A stretch of DNA of 64,000 nucleotides. It comes from Chitinophagales bacterium (lineage in GTDB: Bacteria > Bacteroidota > Bacteroidia > Chitinophagales > LD1). Under the pieces are notes generated by a model, which did no database searches, was not told where the DNA came from, and worked only from the letters and a program-made list of their open reading frames with translations. How positions within the stretch are numbered: position 1 is the first letter of the stretch; the number at the start of each line of letters is the position of its first letter. The DNA lies in contig JAEUVA010000046.1 of assembly GCA_016787045.1 (NCBI GenBank), positions 299,355-363,354 of the forward strand, read 5' to 3'. The position numbers and the translations under genes were made by a program. Below, piece by piece: positions 30,015 through 40,056 of the stretch.

Positions 30015-30857
30015 TTAGTCATTCACGTTTACTACCGATGCTACACCGTTGATGGTCAGTATGCCTAAATCATCGCAGGTGCCATCGCCATAATCTAAAG
30101 ACTCTGTTGGCTGCCCGGTGCGCTGTGTATCCACTACTCCGCTTACAGTGTTAACACAAGTTGTGTATGGCTGCACTAACTTCTCGGTAATCGTGTAGAT
30201 AACGTTTGGCGATGCTGATGGACTGTCTTTGATTGTAATATTGCCGGTTATCCAGTTTTCATAGCCGGGGTTTTCTACCATTATATCCATAGATTGAAAG
30301 TAGGTGGTATTGTTGCTTAAATTAGTGATGTAAGCACTTGACTTTACTGAGCCACGAGGAATTCCATTGGTTCCAATACCCAGGTTTTTCATGATGAGTT
30401 TACCCTCTTGGCTAATGCTGCCAATTGCAAAGTTATAGTACTGCACTTTGAACTCGGTGTTGGGCACTGCAATATCGGCTGAGTTATAGGTAACCGTTAC
30501 TTTGCCTCTGTAGTTAACTCCATTTACATCGGTACAACCGGTGGTACCAAAATCAAGTATGGCCATTGTTTTGCCACCGCCTATATCTTCGGTTAATACC
30601 TGTGTACATGGATTTGGGAAAAGCGGAGTGGCCTCATCGTTATTTTTGTGCGAGTTGGCTTGCGCTAGAATGTATTGCATTACTTCTATGCCATGAGAAG
30701 AGGAATATAAAGCATTGTTGACCTGCTCAACGGTGTTTGATTTGTCTGTGGGTGCCACAAGTGTTTCTTTGGTACAAGATGATACACTCATCAAAAAAAC
30801 AAAGAGTGTAATCGGAGTAACTAATTTTAGGTACATACTATTCATATAAAAAAACAT
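30015..30857 (-). CDS. Lipoprotein of unknown function (paralogue A)
   Basis: Lipobox 'LMSVSSC'. Shares 'LDFGTTGC', 'PY.TC.N.VSG' and 'D.G.GTCD' blocks with the upstream gene. Start uncertain (30857 or 30845). Confidence 0.5.
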   Translation of the reverse strand: MFFYMNSMYLKLVTPITLFVFLMSVSSCTKETLVAPTDKSNTVEQVNNALYSSSHGIEVMQYILAQANSHKNNDEATPLFPNPCTQVLTEDIGGGKTMAILDFGTTGCTDVNGVNYRGKVTVTYNSADIAVPNTEFKVQYYNFAIGSISQEGKLIMKNLGIGTNGIPRGSVKSSAYITNLSNNTTYFQSMDIMVENPGYENWITGNITIKDSPSASPNVIYTITEKLVQPYTTCVNTVSGVVDTQRTGQPTESLDYGDGTCDDLGILTINGVASVVNVND

Positions 30858-30912
30858 TTGCCTGTGCTTACGCAACAGGCAAATGCATTGTTTCAGAAAA
30901 ATCAATTATTTA

Positions 30913-31764
30913 TTATTCAAATTCGTAGTTGGTGGTAACACCGTTTACAGTAATGGTGTAGAAGTTATCGCAAGTTCCATTTCCAAAATCTGTCAACTCA
31001 TCATCAGCACCGGTTTCTTGTTTCAGCACTTTGCCACTCACTGGATTATCACAAGTGTTGTACGGATGAATAACCGTTTCTACTCCTGTCAAACTAACCG
31101 AATTTCCGGAAACTACTTCTGTTAGTGAAATGTTGCCATCTATCTGTGCCTCATCTCCGGGGTCTTGTATGTGAATGTTAGCAGATGCGTTATACACCTC
31201 ATTGGTTGATAACTGAGTAAGTTGTACATTGGCAATTATCTCACCGTGTTTGTTGCCAACTGCATTAGTCCCCTTGTTTTCTACACTAACAATTCCATTC
31301 ATTCTAAAAGTATCTATGGTAAAATTGGTAAAAGTAGATTTGATAAACGCTCCGGCCATACCCATGTCATCGGTGTTATATTCTACAACTATAGTTCCGG
31401 TGTACAGTTTACCCTCGTAATCGTAGCAACCTGTAGTACCAAAATCTAATGTTGCACGGTAGCCATCCGCTAATGTATCGTAGGTTACTGTGGCGCAAGA
31501 ACCTTCAAAATCTATACCCTCTCCATCGCCATTCGTTTTTTTGCTCAATCGGTTATTTATCATGTAGCTTACTACACCCAATGCTTGCTTACCAAGACCG
31601 GTAGTTGTTAAAAATACTTCGCCACCCGATTGTTGCATCAAAGTGGGTTGCTTGGTAGGGTTATTGATTGTTTCCTTTTTGCAGGAAGACAACAGCAGCA
31701 ATGTGGCGAAGAACATTATGCTGAACTGTACGAATTTTGCTTGCTTTTTCATTGCTTGTTTCAT
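30913..31764 (-). CDS. Lipoprotein of unknown function (paralogue B)
   Basis: Lipobox 'LLLSSC'. Same conserved Cys-containing blocks as paralogue A. Confidence 0.5.
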   Translation of the reverse strand: MKQAMKKQAKFVQFSIMFFATLLLLSSCKKETINNPTKQPTLMQQSGGEVFLTTTGLGKQALGVVSYMINNRLSKKTNGDGEGIDFEGSCATVTYDTLADGYRATLDFGTTGCYDYEGKLYTGTIVVEYNTDDMGMAGAFIKSTFTNFTIDTFRMNGIVSVENKGTNAVGNKHGEIIANVQLTQLSTNEVYNASANIHIQDPGDEAQIDGNISLTEVVSGNSVSLTGVETVIHPYNTCDNPVSGKVLKQETGADDELTDFGNGTCDNFYTITVNGVTTNYEFE

Positions 31765-31846
31765 TTTATGGCTCCTTGTACGTGCGCTTTTAAATTTTTG
31801 TTGCAGTTAAAAAATGTGCATTCATCACATCTGTTATATTTAGCTC

Positions 31847-33319
31847 ATGCTCAAACAGTTTTTAAAAATCTCTTCCGGTCCTATATCCGCTATTAGCATA
31901 TACTTATTAACCAAAAGTGCCGGATTTGATCATCCGGCTGCGGTGATGTCTGCAGTGGTACTATGGGTGGGTATGTGGTGGATGTTAGAACCTGTGCACC
32001 TTGCGGTTACATCGCTGCTTCCCTTTTTGCTGTTACCCGTTTTGGGAATTTTGAAAACTGATGAAGTGGCCATGCAATATATGGATCCTATCATTTTTCT
32101 TTTTATCGGTGGATTTTTTTTGGCGTACAGTATGGAAAAGTGGCGCTTGCATGAAAGAGTAGCATATTCTATCATATTAAAAGCCGGCAATCTTCCTTCG
32201 CGAATTTTGTTTGGCATTATGCTATCTTCTTACCTCATATCTATGTGGGTAAGCAATACCGCTACCGTTATGATGTTGCTGGCTGCCGTACTCGCTATAG
32301 TCAAACAAAAAGAATTGTATGCAGAAAATGCTCATCGTAAAGTTTCATCTGCATTACTGATTGGCCTATCGTTTAGCGCTACTATTGGCGGTATGGCTAC
32401 CCCTGTGGGCACACCACCCAATATGATTTTTGCCGGTTTTTATGCCCGCGAATTTACGGATGCGCCTGCTATTGACTTTGTACAATGGATGAAGTTTGGT
32501 GTTCCGTTTTCGTTTATACTGCTTGTGGTTTGTTACACCATATTACGGATTTCACTAATTCCTAAGAATGCCGATTTGGCATTTAATATGAGTACTATCA
32601 GCAATAAACTAACCTCTTTGAAAGAACCCGGTTTTGAAGAAAAAACAGTGGCGGTTATTTTTGGATTGACTGTACTTTTGTGGCTATTTAGAGATACTCT
32701 GAACTTTGGGGCGTTTTCCATAACCGGCTGGACAAAACTGCTCGGTACTTATGGCACAAATATTAAAGATAGTACTGTTATCATTTTCACTACAATGCTG
32801 TTGTTTTTTATCCCGGCAAAAAATAAAAAAGGCCGTTTGTTAGATTGGCAAGACACACAACAGTTGCCGCTGAGTGTTATCTTACTTTTTGGTTCGGGCT
32901 TTGCATTGGCTGCGGGCTTTGAACGCTCTGGGCTAAGTGTGTCAGTAGCTCAACAACTAACACTATTGCACGGAGCACCGGTTTGGTTAGTTCTTCTTGG
33001 TATAGCTGTAACAGTTACCTTACTTAGTGAGTTTGCTTCTAATACTGCAACCGTACAGTTAGTGCTTCCGGTCATAATTCCATTAGCGGCCTCCTTACAA
33101 TTACCACCACTGCTACTCATGCTCACGGCTACCTTTGCAGCATCACTGGGGTACATGCTTCCGGTGGCTACCTCTGCCAATACAATTGTATACGGCAGCG
33201 GAGAAATTAAAGCCAGTGAGATGATGCGTGCCGGTTTTTTGTTAGATATAGTAGGCATACTCTTACTTTTGTTATTTATGTGGTTGTTGGGTAATAGTGC
33301 GTTTGGATTCACTTTTTAA
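31847..33319 (+). CDS. DASS/SLC13-family anion (sulfate/di-tricarboxylate) symporter
   Basis: Polytopic membrane protein. Duplicated 'SNTAT' hairpin motifs ('VSNTATVMML', 'ASNTATVQLV'). Confidence 0.8.
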   Translation: MLKQFLKISSGPISAISIYLLTKSAGFDHPAAVMSAVVLWVGMWWMLEPVHLAVTSLLPFLLLPVLGILKTDEVAMQYMDPIIFLFIGGFFLAYSMEKWRLHERVAYSIILKAGNLPSRILFGIMLSSYLISMWVSNTATVMMLLAAVLAIVKQKELYAENAHRKVSSALLIGLSFSATIGGMATPVGTPPNMIFAGFYAREFTDAPAIDFVQWMKFGVPFSFILLVVCYTILRISLIPKNADLAFNMSTISNKLTSLKEPGFEEKTVAVIFGLTVLLWLFRDTLNFGAFSITGWTKLLGTYGTNIKDSTVIIFTTMLLFFIPAKNKKGRLLDWQDTQQLPLSVILLFGSGFALAAGFERSGLSVSVAQQLTLLHGAPVWLVLLGIAVTVTLLSEFASNTATVQLVLPVIIPLAASLQLPPLLLMLTATFAASLGYMLPVATSANTIVYGSGEIKASEMMRAGFLLDIVGILLLLLFMWLLGNSAFGFTF

Positions 33320-33333
33320 CTGCCGCAGATTCA

Positions 33334-35883
33334 TTGAAAGCAATCCATTTTATTCTTACTAACTGCTTATTGCTATGCGTAGTAGGCCGCAGTATGGCCT
33401 ACCAACTCAGTGGCAAAATTACCAATACAGCCAACGAGCCACTCAGCTATGCTAATATCTACATCAAGGGAACGTCTAACGGCACATCGGCCAATGTAGA
33501 AGGCATCTACACTATTGAACTGCCCGAAGGAATACATGAAGTTGTTTTTCAATACATTGGTTATCAGCAACGCACAGAATTTGTGACAATTAGTGGCAAT
33601 AAAGAACTAAACATTACCCTGCAAGTGCTGCAATACCAAATGAATGACCTGGTGGTAAATGCTAAAGAAGATCCGGCTACACAAATTATCAAACAAGCTA
33701 TTGCCCGCAGAAAATACTTCTTAAATGCGGTAGAAAGTTATTCGTGCGATGCATATGTAAAAGGGATACAGCGAGTAACCGACTTACCCTTTTGGGCAGA
33801 AAAACGTTTAAAAAAAGCAGGAATATACATGGGTAAAGATGGGGTGATATACCTGAGCGAATCGGTCTCTAAACTTTATTACAAAAAACCGGATAAGTTT
33901 CATGAAGTGGTTAAATCTTCTAAAGTAAGCGGAAGAAGCGAGGGGTTTACCTACAACTCAGCACAAGATTTCTTTTTCAATTTCTACAAGAGCACCATTG
34001 ATATACCCGGCATTGCACCGCGCCCGCTTATATCGCCACTAAATGACAATGCATTTTTTTATTACCACTTTAAAATGCTTGGTGCTCATCACGAGGGTGG
34101 TTTGCTTATCAATAAGATACAGGTAACTCCTAAACGCAAAGCAGACCCTTGTTTCAATGGATTTATCAGCATAGTAGATGGCAACTGGAACATCCACTCG
34201 CTGGAACTTTACCTCACTAAAGCCAACGGTATTGAGTATCTGGATACTCTGAAAGTAACTCAATACTTCCTTCCGGTTAAAGACGACCTTTGGCTGGCCT
34301 CTCAGCAGCGATACGATGCCAACCTCAGTATGCTTGGCGTAAAGGGCAATGGCTATTACCTCGGTATTTTTAAAAACTATGAACTCAACAATTTGTTTGG
34401 CGCAAAAAAAGACTCGGTGAAACCCGTTTCGGCTACTCCAAAAGCTGCACGACAACAGAAAAAAGAAATTGCAAAAACAGAGAAAAAGATTTTCACCCCA
34501 GAAATAATTCGCATAGAGCAAGAGGCCAATAAACGCGACTCTATCTATTGGGATAGCATACGCCCTGTGCCACTCACTGTGTTAGAAACAAACGATTACC
34601 AAATTAAAGATAGCATTCAAACATTTAAAGAGTCTAAGACCTTTAAAGATAGTACCGACAAGCAACTCAACAAACCGGGCTTCATGAGTATCTTGACCGG
34701 TTATACCTACCGAAAGCAGTATAAAAAAATTGAATTTACTTTCCCCTCACCATTTACCGTTTTCAACTTCAACACGGTAGAGGGCTCCAACATTGACATT
34801 AAACTACGGCTAAGAAAGCGATGGGATAAAAACAGAGCCGCCCTATCTTTTGAACCGGTTTTCCGCTATGGATTTACCAATCGCGATTGGCAATTGAAAG
34901 CCACGGTTAGTGCGCGCATCAATCAACAACACGATGAGCACATTAGCATTAGTGGTGGTAAGTACATTAGTCAGTTTAACGAAGCACAACCACAAAGCGG
35001 CTTCGGCAACACAGCCATAAGTTTGATTTTCAAAAGCAACTTTATGAAGCTGTATCAACACTACTTTGCACGTGTTGCATATAGCCGAGAATTGTACAAC
35101 GGTATTTATTTGAATACTGCATTGCTTTACTCCAAACGAACTCCTTTAGAAAACACTAATCAGTACTCCTTCTTTCCAAAGTATCCGGGTAGTTATACAT
35201 CAAACGGAGTGGATTTGCCCGGACTTACCAACGAAACCAACAATATTACCTCCCATTCGGTGTTTAGGATAGATGTGCGCTTCAAGTTTGTGTTTGGTCA
35301 GCAATACATTACCCGGCCCGATTTTAAAATCCGTACATCTTCAAAGTACCCACAACTTAGCATAGCTTACAAAAGAGCGATTCCCATTAAAGGTTTCAGT
35401 AATTTAAATTATGACTATTTAGAAGCTCAAATAGCTGGGGATATTCCCATGAAGTTAGGCGGAGAACTGCACTATCGTTTTGGGGGTGGTGGTTTTGCCA
35501 GTGCAAAACAAATTCAATTTACAGACTACAAACATTTCTTTGGCAACTTTTTGACCACCGGAGAAACCGATATGCTCGGCTTTTATGGATTACGGTATTA
35601 TAGACATAGCACTAACCGGTATTTTGCAGAGGCCCATTTAGAGCATCATTTCAAAGGTTTTTTCTTTAACAAGATACCCGGCTGGCGTAAATTAAAGCTG
35701 CACGAAACTTTAGGATTTCATTTCTTATACACACCTACCAGGCAGCAATATTTTCAATTAGATGCCGGTATAGAAAACATACTTAAAGTTCTTCGTGCTG
35801 ATTTTATAGCCGGCTTTGGCTCGCAAAAAAACGAATACTACTTTGGTGCGCGATTAGGTTTACTGCTAAACGTAAGCAACTAA
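33334..35883 (+). CDS. Large exported protein with CarboxypepD_reg-like N-terminal domain (DUF5686-like)
   Basis: Signal peptide. 'LSGKITNTANEPLSYANIYIKGTSNGTSANVEGIY' carboxypeptidase-regulatory fold motif. ~850 aa beta-rich remainder. Confidence 0.6.
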   Translation: MKAIHFILTNCLLLCVVGRSMAYQLSGKITNTANEPLSYANIYIKGTSNGTSANVEGIYTIELPEGIHEVVFQYIGYQQRTEFVTISGNKELNITLQVLQYQMNDLVVNAKEDPATQIIKQAIARRKYFLNAVESYSCDAYVKGIQRVTDLPFWAEKRLKKAGIYMGKDGVIYLSESVSKLYYKKPDKFHEVVKSSKVSGRSEGFTYNSAQDFFFNFYKSTIDIPGIAPRPLISPLNDNAFFYYHFKMLGAHHEGGLLINKIQVTPKRKADPCFNGFISIVDGNWNIHSLELYLTKANGIEYLDTLKVTQYFLPVKDDLWLASQQRYDANLSMLGVKGNGYYLGIFKNYELNNLFGAKKDSVKPVSATPKAARQQKKEIAKTEKKIFTPEIIRIEQEANKRDSIYWDSIRPVPLTVLETNDYQIKDSIQTFKESKTFKDSTDKQLNKPGFMSILTGYTYRKQYKKIEFTFPSPFTVFNFNTVEGSNIDIKLRLRKRWDKNRAALSFEPVFRYGFTNRDWQLKATVSARINQQHDEHISISGGKYISQFNEAQPQSGFGNTAISLIFKSNFMKLYQHYFARVAYSRELYNGIYLNTALLYSKRTPLENTNQYSFFPKYPGSYTSNGVDLPGLTNETNNITSHSVFRIDVRFKFVFGQQYITRPDFKIRTSSKYPQLSIAYKRAIPIKGFSNLNYDYLEAQIAGDIPMKLGGELHYRFGGGGFASAKQIQFTDYKHFFGNFLTTGETDMLGFYGLRYYRHSTNRYFAEAHLEHHFKGFFFNKIPGWRKLKLHETLGFHFLYTPTRQQYFQLDAGIENILKVLRADFIAGFGSQKNEYYFGARLGLLLNVSN

Positions 35884-35887
35884 ACTT

Positions 35888-37714
35888 TTACATTACCGAG
35901 AAACGCACGGTGTGTACTACCTCGCCAGAGGTATACTGCATAAGATAAATACCCGCAGTAAGAGCGTCAGTAGTAATTTGTACTGTGTTAGCACCACTGT
36001 TTAACTGCACACTTTGTTGTGAGAGCATAGTGCCTTTCAGGTCAAAAACACTCAACACAGCGTTGGCCGTTTCATTGATAGCCAATAACACATTGATTGA
36101 TTGAGATGAGTTAACCGGATTTGGGTAAACTGATATGCTAACCTGTTGAGCTAAATCTACACCCAAAGAACTGTACACAAAAGTTTGTTGTGCTTCGCAA
36201 CCTTTAGAGTCGGTTACAGTTACCGAGTACGTGCCAAAAGAGATATTGTTGTTAGATGCATAAATCTCACCATTGCTCCAAGAGTAAGTGTATGGTGGGG
36301 TACCACCTTCGGGCATGGCGTTGAGGTTGTTGCCCACCTTACTTATTCCTACCAAAATCAATTCCGGATTTTTAATCTCAAAAGTAGAGATGGCCACCTC
36401 ACCGGCTGCATCGGTAATAGTTACGGTATAAAAACCCGCAGCTACATTGCCGGTGCTGTTGGTTGTAGCTCCGTTTGACCATACGTAACTGAACGGTGCC
36501 ACGCCATTAAGCGGAGTAACCGTGATGCTGCCATCTGCATCGCCCGAGCAAGAAGGTTTAATGTTGGCAACGGAAGTAAGCAATGAAGCGCTGCTGGCAA
36601 ATTGCATGGCTGTAAAATTTCCGCAAGTGTTGCCATAAGAAATTGCCTTTACTCTGTATTTGTAGTTTTTGTTGGCTAACAAGTTGCCGTAAGTAAAAAA
36701 TGTATCGCGCACTACAGTATCGGCAAGCATAAGTGATGATGTGGTGGTTTGCAACTTAAAGTGATAGTACTGCGCACCTGCCACTTTGTTCCACCTAAAA
36801 ATGGTTGGGCCGGCAAGTAAGGTAGTGTCTCCATCTATGGGGGAAACAAATACCGGAGCCGGGAGTGGGTTTACATCAGGTACTGTTTGGTTGAGTAACT
36901 CAGGTCTGTCAAGTGTAAGCGTAGTATTCATTTCAGTTTGCTGCATGGGGCTAAACTTGTTTTGACACGCATCATAAAAGTAAGACATGTATAAAGTTTC
37001 ATCAATCACATTTTTGTACAAGTCTCCATTGGGGTCGGTCTGTGGGCCATTGTATGGACATGGGGCTCGGTAATCCACAAAATCTGCCGGGGTATCGCAA
37101 AAACGGTCACCTTTAGTGGCGCAGTTGCTGCCGTTGACATACTCTACTGGGTTGGTATCTTCAAACGTATGGGGCAAACCCATAAAGTGACCCATTTCAT
37201 GCTGTAGTGTAGAAGTACCTGCACCGTAACAACTTTTGTTCAAAAAAATTCCTCCTCCGCTGGACATACCGGGGTAGGTAGCAAAGCCACACACATCTAA
37301 ATTAGGACTAACATAAACATTGCACTTTGCAGCAACATTATAGGCAGGAAAAGTGGTCCAACTGCTAGGGTAGGTATTGTTGTATAAAGAGGTGCTTTTG
37401 ATAGAGTCTATAGACGCAATAAAAAACCCCATGTCAAATGGATTGTAGGCCTCGTTTAGCTCACAATGGCTGTCAAAAATCATTTTCAGACTAATACCAC
37501 CAGAACCATCATCTTTTGTGAGTATATGATAAACCACCGGAATCCAGCGCATAGCACGGGTACCGGGCGTTTGTTCATAGAGGTAATCCATATTTTTTGT
37601 GTAGTACTTCTGCCTAAAGTCTGCAGGCATTTCGGTACCACAGCTGCGTAGTGGCACCTGAGCATAAATAGCCGAAAAAGAGAACAATAAAACGATACTT
37701 AAAAGCTTATTCAT
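35888..37714 (-). CDS. Secreted metzincin zinc protease with SprB-type repeats and T9SS CTD
   Basis: ATG at 37714 gives the signal 'MNKLLSIVLLFSFSAIYAQ'. 'HEMGHFMGLPH' is HExxHxxGxxH. Two 'G..PY.Y.WSNG...G.Y.VTVTD' repeats. C-terminal 'VYPNPV...GIYLMQY' sorting domain. Confidence 0.75.
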   Translation of the reverse strand: MNKLLSIVLLFSFSAIYAQVPLRSCGTEMPADFRQKYYTKNMDYLYEQTPGTRAMRWIPVVYHILTKDDGSGGISLKMIFDSHCELNEAYNPFDMGFFIASIDSIKSTSLYNNTYPSSWTTFPAYNVAAKCNVYVSPNLDVCGFATYPGMSSGGGIFLNKSCYGAGTSTLQHEMGHFMGLPHTFEDTNPVEYVNGSNCATKGDRFCDTPADFVDYRAPCPYNGPQTDPNGDLYKNVIDETLYMSYFYDACQNKFSPMQQTEMNTTLTLDRPELLNQTVPDVNPLPAPVFVSPIDGDTTLLAGPTIFRWNKVAGAQYYHFKLQTTTSSLMLADTVVRDTFFTYGNLLANKNYKYRVKAISYGNTCGNFTAMQFASSASLLTSVANIKPSCSGDADGSITVTPLNGVAPFSYVWSNGATTNSTGNVAAGFYTVTITDAAGEVAISTFEIKNPELILVGISKVGNNLNAMPEGGTPPYTYSWSNGEIYASNNNISFGTYSVTVTDSKGCEAQQTFVYSSLGVDLAQQVSISVYPNPVNSSQSINVLLAINETANAVLSVFDLKGTMLSQQSVQLNSGANTVQITTDALTAGIYLMQYTSGEVVHTVRFSVM

Positions 37715-37824
37715 GAGTTGGTTTTGAGGATGGCGAATAAAACAAATACTACTAATTACAAAAAGAGAGAGTATTTGTTCGTGGATAAGGTTGCAAAAAT
37801 CAGTAGCAGTGCCAACGCGCAACA

Positions 37825-37855
37825 TTTGCACAGCCCGCGCATTCCTCTATGTTTG
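37825..37855 (+). promoter_or_regulatory. Bacteroidota-type promoter for mdh
   Basis: TTTG (37825..37828), 19-nt spacer, TATGTTTG (37848..37855). This matches the -33 TTTG / -7 TAnnTTTG consensus and lies ~44 nt before the ATG. Confidence 0.55.
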
Positions 37856-37898
37856 CGCAGCTTTTTTAAAAAATCAATCACTCCTTAAATCCTCTAAA

Positions 37899-38834
37899 AT
37901 GAAAATTACAGTAGTAGGAGCAGGTGCAGTAGGCGCTACCGTGGCCGATAACATTGCTCGTAAAGAACTTTGCCAAGAATTAGTTTTGTTAGACATTAAA
38001 GAAGGTTTTGCTGAGGGCAAAGCCATGGATATGATGCAAACCGCTGCCATCTTAGGTTTCGATACTAAGATTACCGGAAGCACCAACGATTATGCAAAAA
38101 CTGCCGGAAGCGAAGTAGTAGTAATTACATCCGGTATCCCGCGCAAGCCCGGTATGACCCGCGAAGAACTAATAGGCACCAATGCCTCAATAGTAAAAGG
38201 AGTTACTGAAAATATTTTGAAACATTCTCCCAATGCCATTATTGTGGTGATTAGTAACCCAATGGATACTATGACCTACCTTGCCCTTAAATCAAGTGGC
38301 TTGCCTAAAAACCGCATTATTGGTATGGGTGGAATATTAGATAGCTCACGGTTTAAGTTCTATCTATCTTCTGCGCTCAATTGCTCACCGGCAGACCTGC
38401 AAGCTAATGTGATAGGCGGACACGGAGATACTACCATGATTCCGTTAACTCGTTTGGCTACTTACCAAGGTGCTCCGGTTTCGCAGTTTTTAGATGCCGC
38501 ATCACTTAACAAAGTAGCTGCCGATACTATGGTAGGTGGAGCTACTTTAACCAAACTGATTGGCACATCTGCCTGGTATGCACCGGGTGCCTCGGGCTGT
38601 GCTTTAGTGGAAAGCATAGTGCGTGACGAAAAGAAAGTGTTTACCTGCTGCGTATCATTAGAAGGCGAGTATGGACAAAAAGATATTTGCCTTGGTGTAC
38701 CGGTAGTAATTGGCAAAAACGGTTGGGAAAGTATTATTGATTACAAACTAAATGCCGAAGAGCAGGAGGCATTTAATAAAAGTGCAGAAGCAGTGCGCAG
38801 CATGAACAGTGTGCTATCTACCTTGACACTGTAA
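37899..38834 (+). CDS. mdh: Malate dehydrogenase
   Basis: 'MKITVVGAGAVGAT' Rossmann motif and 'IGGHGDT' catalytic-His region. 312 aa from the ATG at 37899. Confidence 0.9.
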   Translation: MKITVVGAGAVGATVADNIARKELCQELVLLDIKEGFAEGKAMDMMQTAAILGFDTKITGSTNDYAKTAGSEVVVITSGIPRKPGMTREELIGTNASIVKGVTENILKHSPNAIIVVISNPMDTMTYLALKSSGLPKNRIIGMGGILDSSRFKFYLSSALNCSPADLQANVIGGHGDTTMIPLTRLATYQGAPVSQFLDAASLNKVAADTMVGGATLTKLIGTSAWYAPGASGCALVESIVRDEKKVFTCCVSLEGEYGQKDICLGVPVVIGKNGWESIIDYKLNAEEQEAFNKSAEAVRSMNSVLSTLTL

Positions 38835-38856
38835 TATCTGCATCTACTACACTCCT

Positions 38857-38890
38857 ATCCGCATCGGTTGAGCCGATGCGGATTTTTTTT
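38857..38890 (+). terminator. Intrinsic terminator of mdh
   Basis: Perfect 11-bp stem atccgcatcgg/ccgatgcggat, 5-nt loop, then T8. Confidence 0.8.
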
Positions 38891-38904
38891 GCTGACAAAA
38901 ATCA

Positions 38905-38986
38905 TTTAGAATGTTTCTAAATAATTTGGAAAATTGCCGCCCTGCTTTAGATTCGCAGCCATAAATTTATTTAGAATTAATCTAAA
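38905..38986 (+). promoter_or_regulatory. Two TTTAGA-N5-TCTAAA palindromes upstream of the iron-type operon (candidate repressor operators)
   Basis: IR1 is 38905..38921 (tttaga-atgtt-tctaaa). IR2 is 38970..38986 (tttaga-attaa-tctaaa). An extra half-site lies at 38946..38951. A near -7 box TAAATTTA at 38962..38969 abuts IR2. Confidence 0.4.
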
Positions 38987-39001
38987 CAACAAAAAAACAA
39001 C

Positions 39002-40054
39002 ATGAAAAAAAATCATTTTTATCTGCTACTAGTAGCACTTACAGTCAGTTTATATTCTTGCAAAAAAGATAACAATAACAACTATGATGTACCAACCACC
39101 TATAGTTTCAGTAATGTGGACTATAGCGGCCAAACCTACCGTTTAGCCATGCTCACTGAATTATCTACCGAAATGAAAAAAGGCAACACACAGGGTACTG
39201 TAGTAGATGCTCAGGTTCTCAGAAACATGTATGCCAATACTGGAAACCCTTTCAGCAACGATACACTGAATACTTCCGGCAAAAAACTGAAGGATAAAAC
39301 ATTTACCACGGAGCAAAGTGTGATTGAGGGGTATCTTGATACCCATGCATGGGCAAGTACTTCTCCCGTTGCCGGCAGCAACGGAAGTGCTGGTGTTGTA
39401 CAGGTAGGTACGGCTAAGTATCTTTTCGATGAAAACGGCAGGGAATACACACAGTTGGTTGAAAAGGGACTATTTGGTTCACTCATCTATTACCAGATTG
39501 CTGCGGTTTATCTGGGTACCGATAAAATGGGAACTCAAGTAGCTTTAGCAGACCGCCAACACCACTGGGACGAAGCATTCGGCTACTTTGGAGTGCCTAC
39601 GGATTTTCCTTCCAACATAACCGGTATCAAATTCATCGGCAAATATTGCAATGACCGCAATGCACTCCTAGGAACAAATGTTGCCATAATGAATGCTTAC
39701 CTAAAAGGTCGTGCTGCGCTGAACAATGGCGATGAGACAACGGTTGCAGAACAAATCAATATTATCCGCGAAAACATAGAGAAGGTACTTGCCGGAACTG
39801 CCATCCATTACATCAACGAAGCGCTTGCGAATATCGCTAACGATGCAGTGCGTAACCACACACTAAGCGAAGGGATTGCCTTTGCGCGTGCCTTAAAATT
39901 CAGCCCCACCAAAAAAATTACTGATGCTCAACAGAGCCAGATAGAAACCTACTTCGGCTCAAACTTTTATACTGTGAGCACTACCGATTTGCAGGCAGCT
40001 AAAAACTTGTTGAGCACCATTTACGGATTTGATTCAATAAAAGACCAACTGTAA
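39002..40054 (+). CDS. Lipoprotein, DUF4856-like
   Basis: Lipobox 'SLYSC'. First gene of the operon with imelysin-like, HTTM and TonB-dependent receptor genes. The family call is from memory of this neighbourhood. Confidence 0.45.
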   Translation: MKKNHFYLLLVALTVSLYSCKKDNNNNYDVPTTYSFSNVDYSGQTYRLAMLTELSTEMKKGNTQGTVVDAQVLRNMYANTGNPFSNDTLNTSGKKLKDKTFTTEQSVIEGYLDTHAWASTSPVAGSNGSAGVVQVGTAKYLFDENGREYTQLVEKGLFGSLIYYQIAAVYLGTDKMGTQVALADRQHHWDEAFGYFGVPTDFPSNITGIKFIGKYCNDRNALLGTNVAIMNAYLKGRAALNNGDETTVAEQINIIRENIEKVLAGTAIHYINEALANIANDAVRNHTLSEGIAFARALKFSPTKKITDAQQSQIETYFGSNFYTVSTTDLQAAKNLLSTIYGFDSIKDQL

Positions 40055-40056
40055 GC

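Noticed and set aside
37715-37898. Long N-terminal extensions of the divergent protease (to 37831) and mdh (from 37791) ORFs, which would overlap each other.
   Set aside because: Internal ATGs give a canonical signal peptide (37714) and the canonical MDH N-terminus 'MKITVVGAG' (37899). A consensus TTTG-N19-TATGTTTG promoter sits inside the putative extension.
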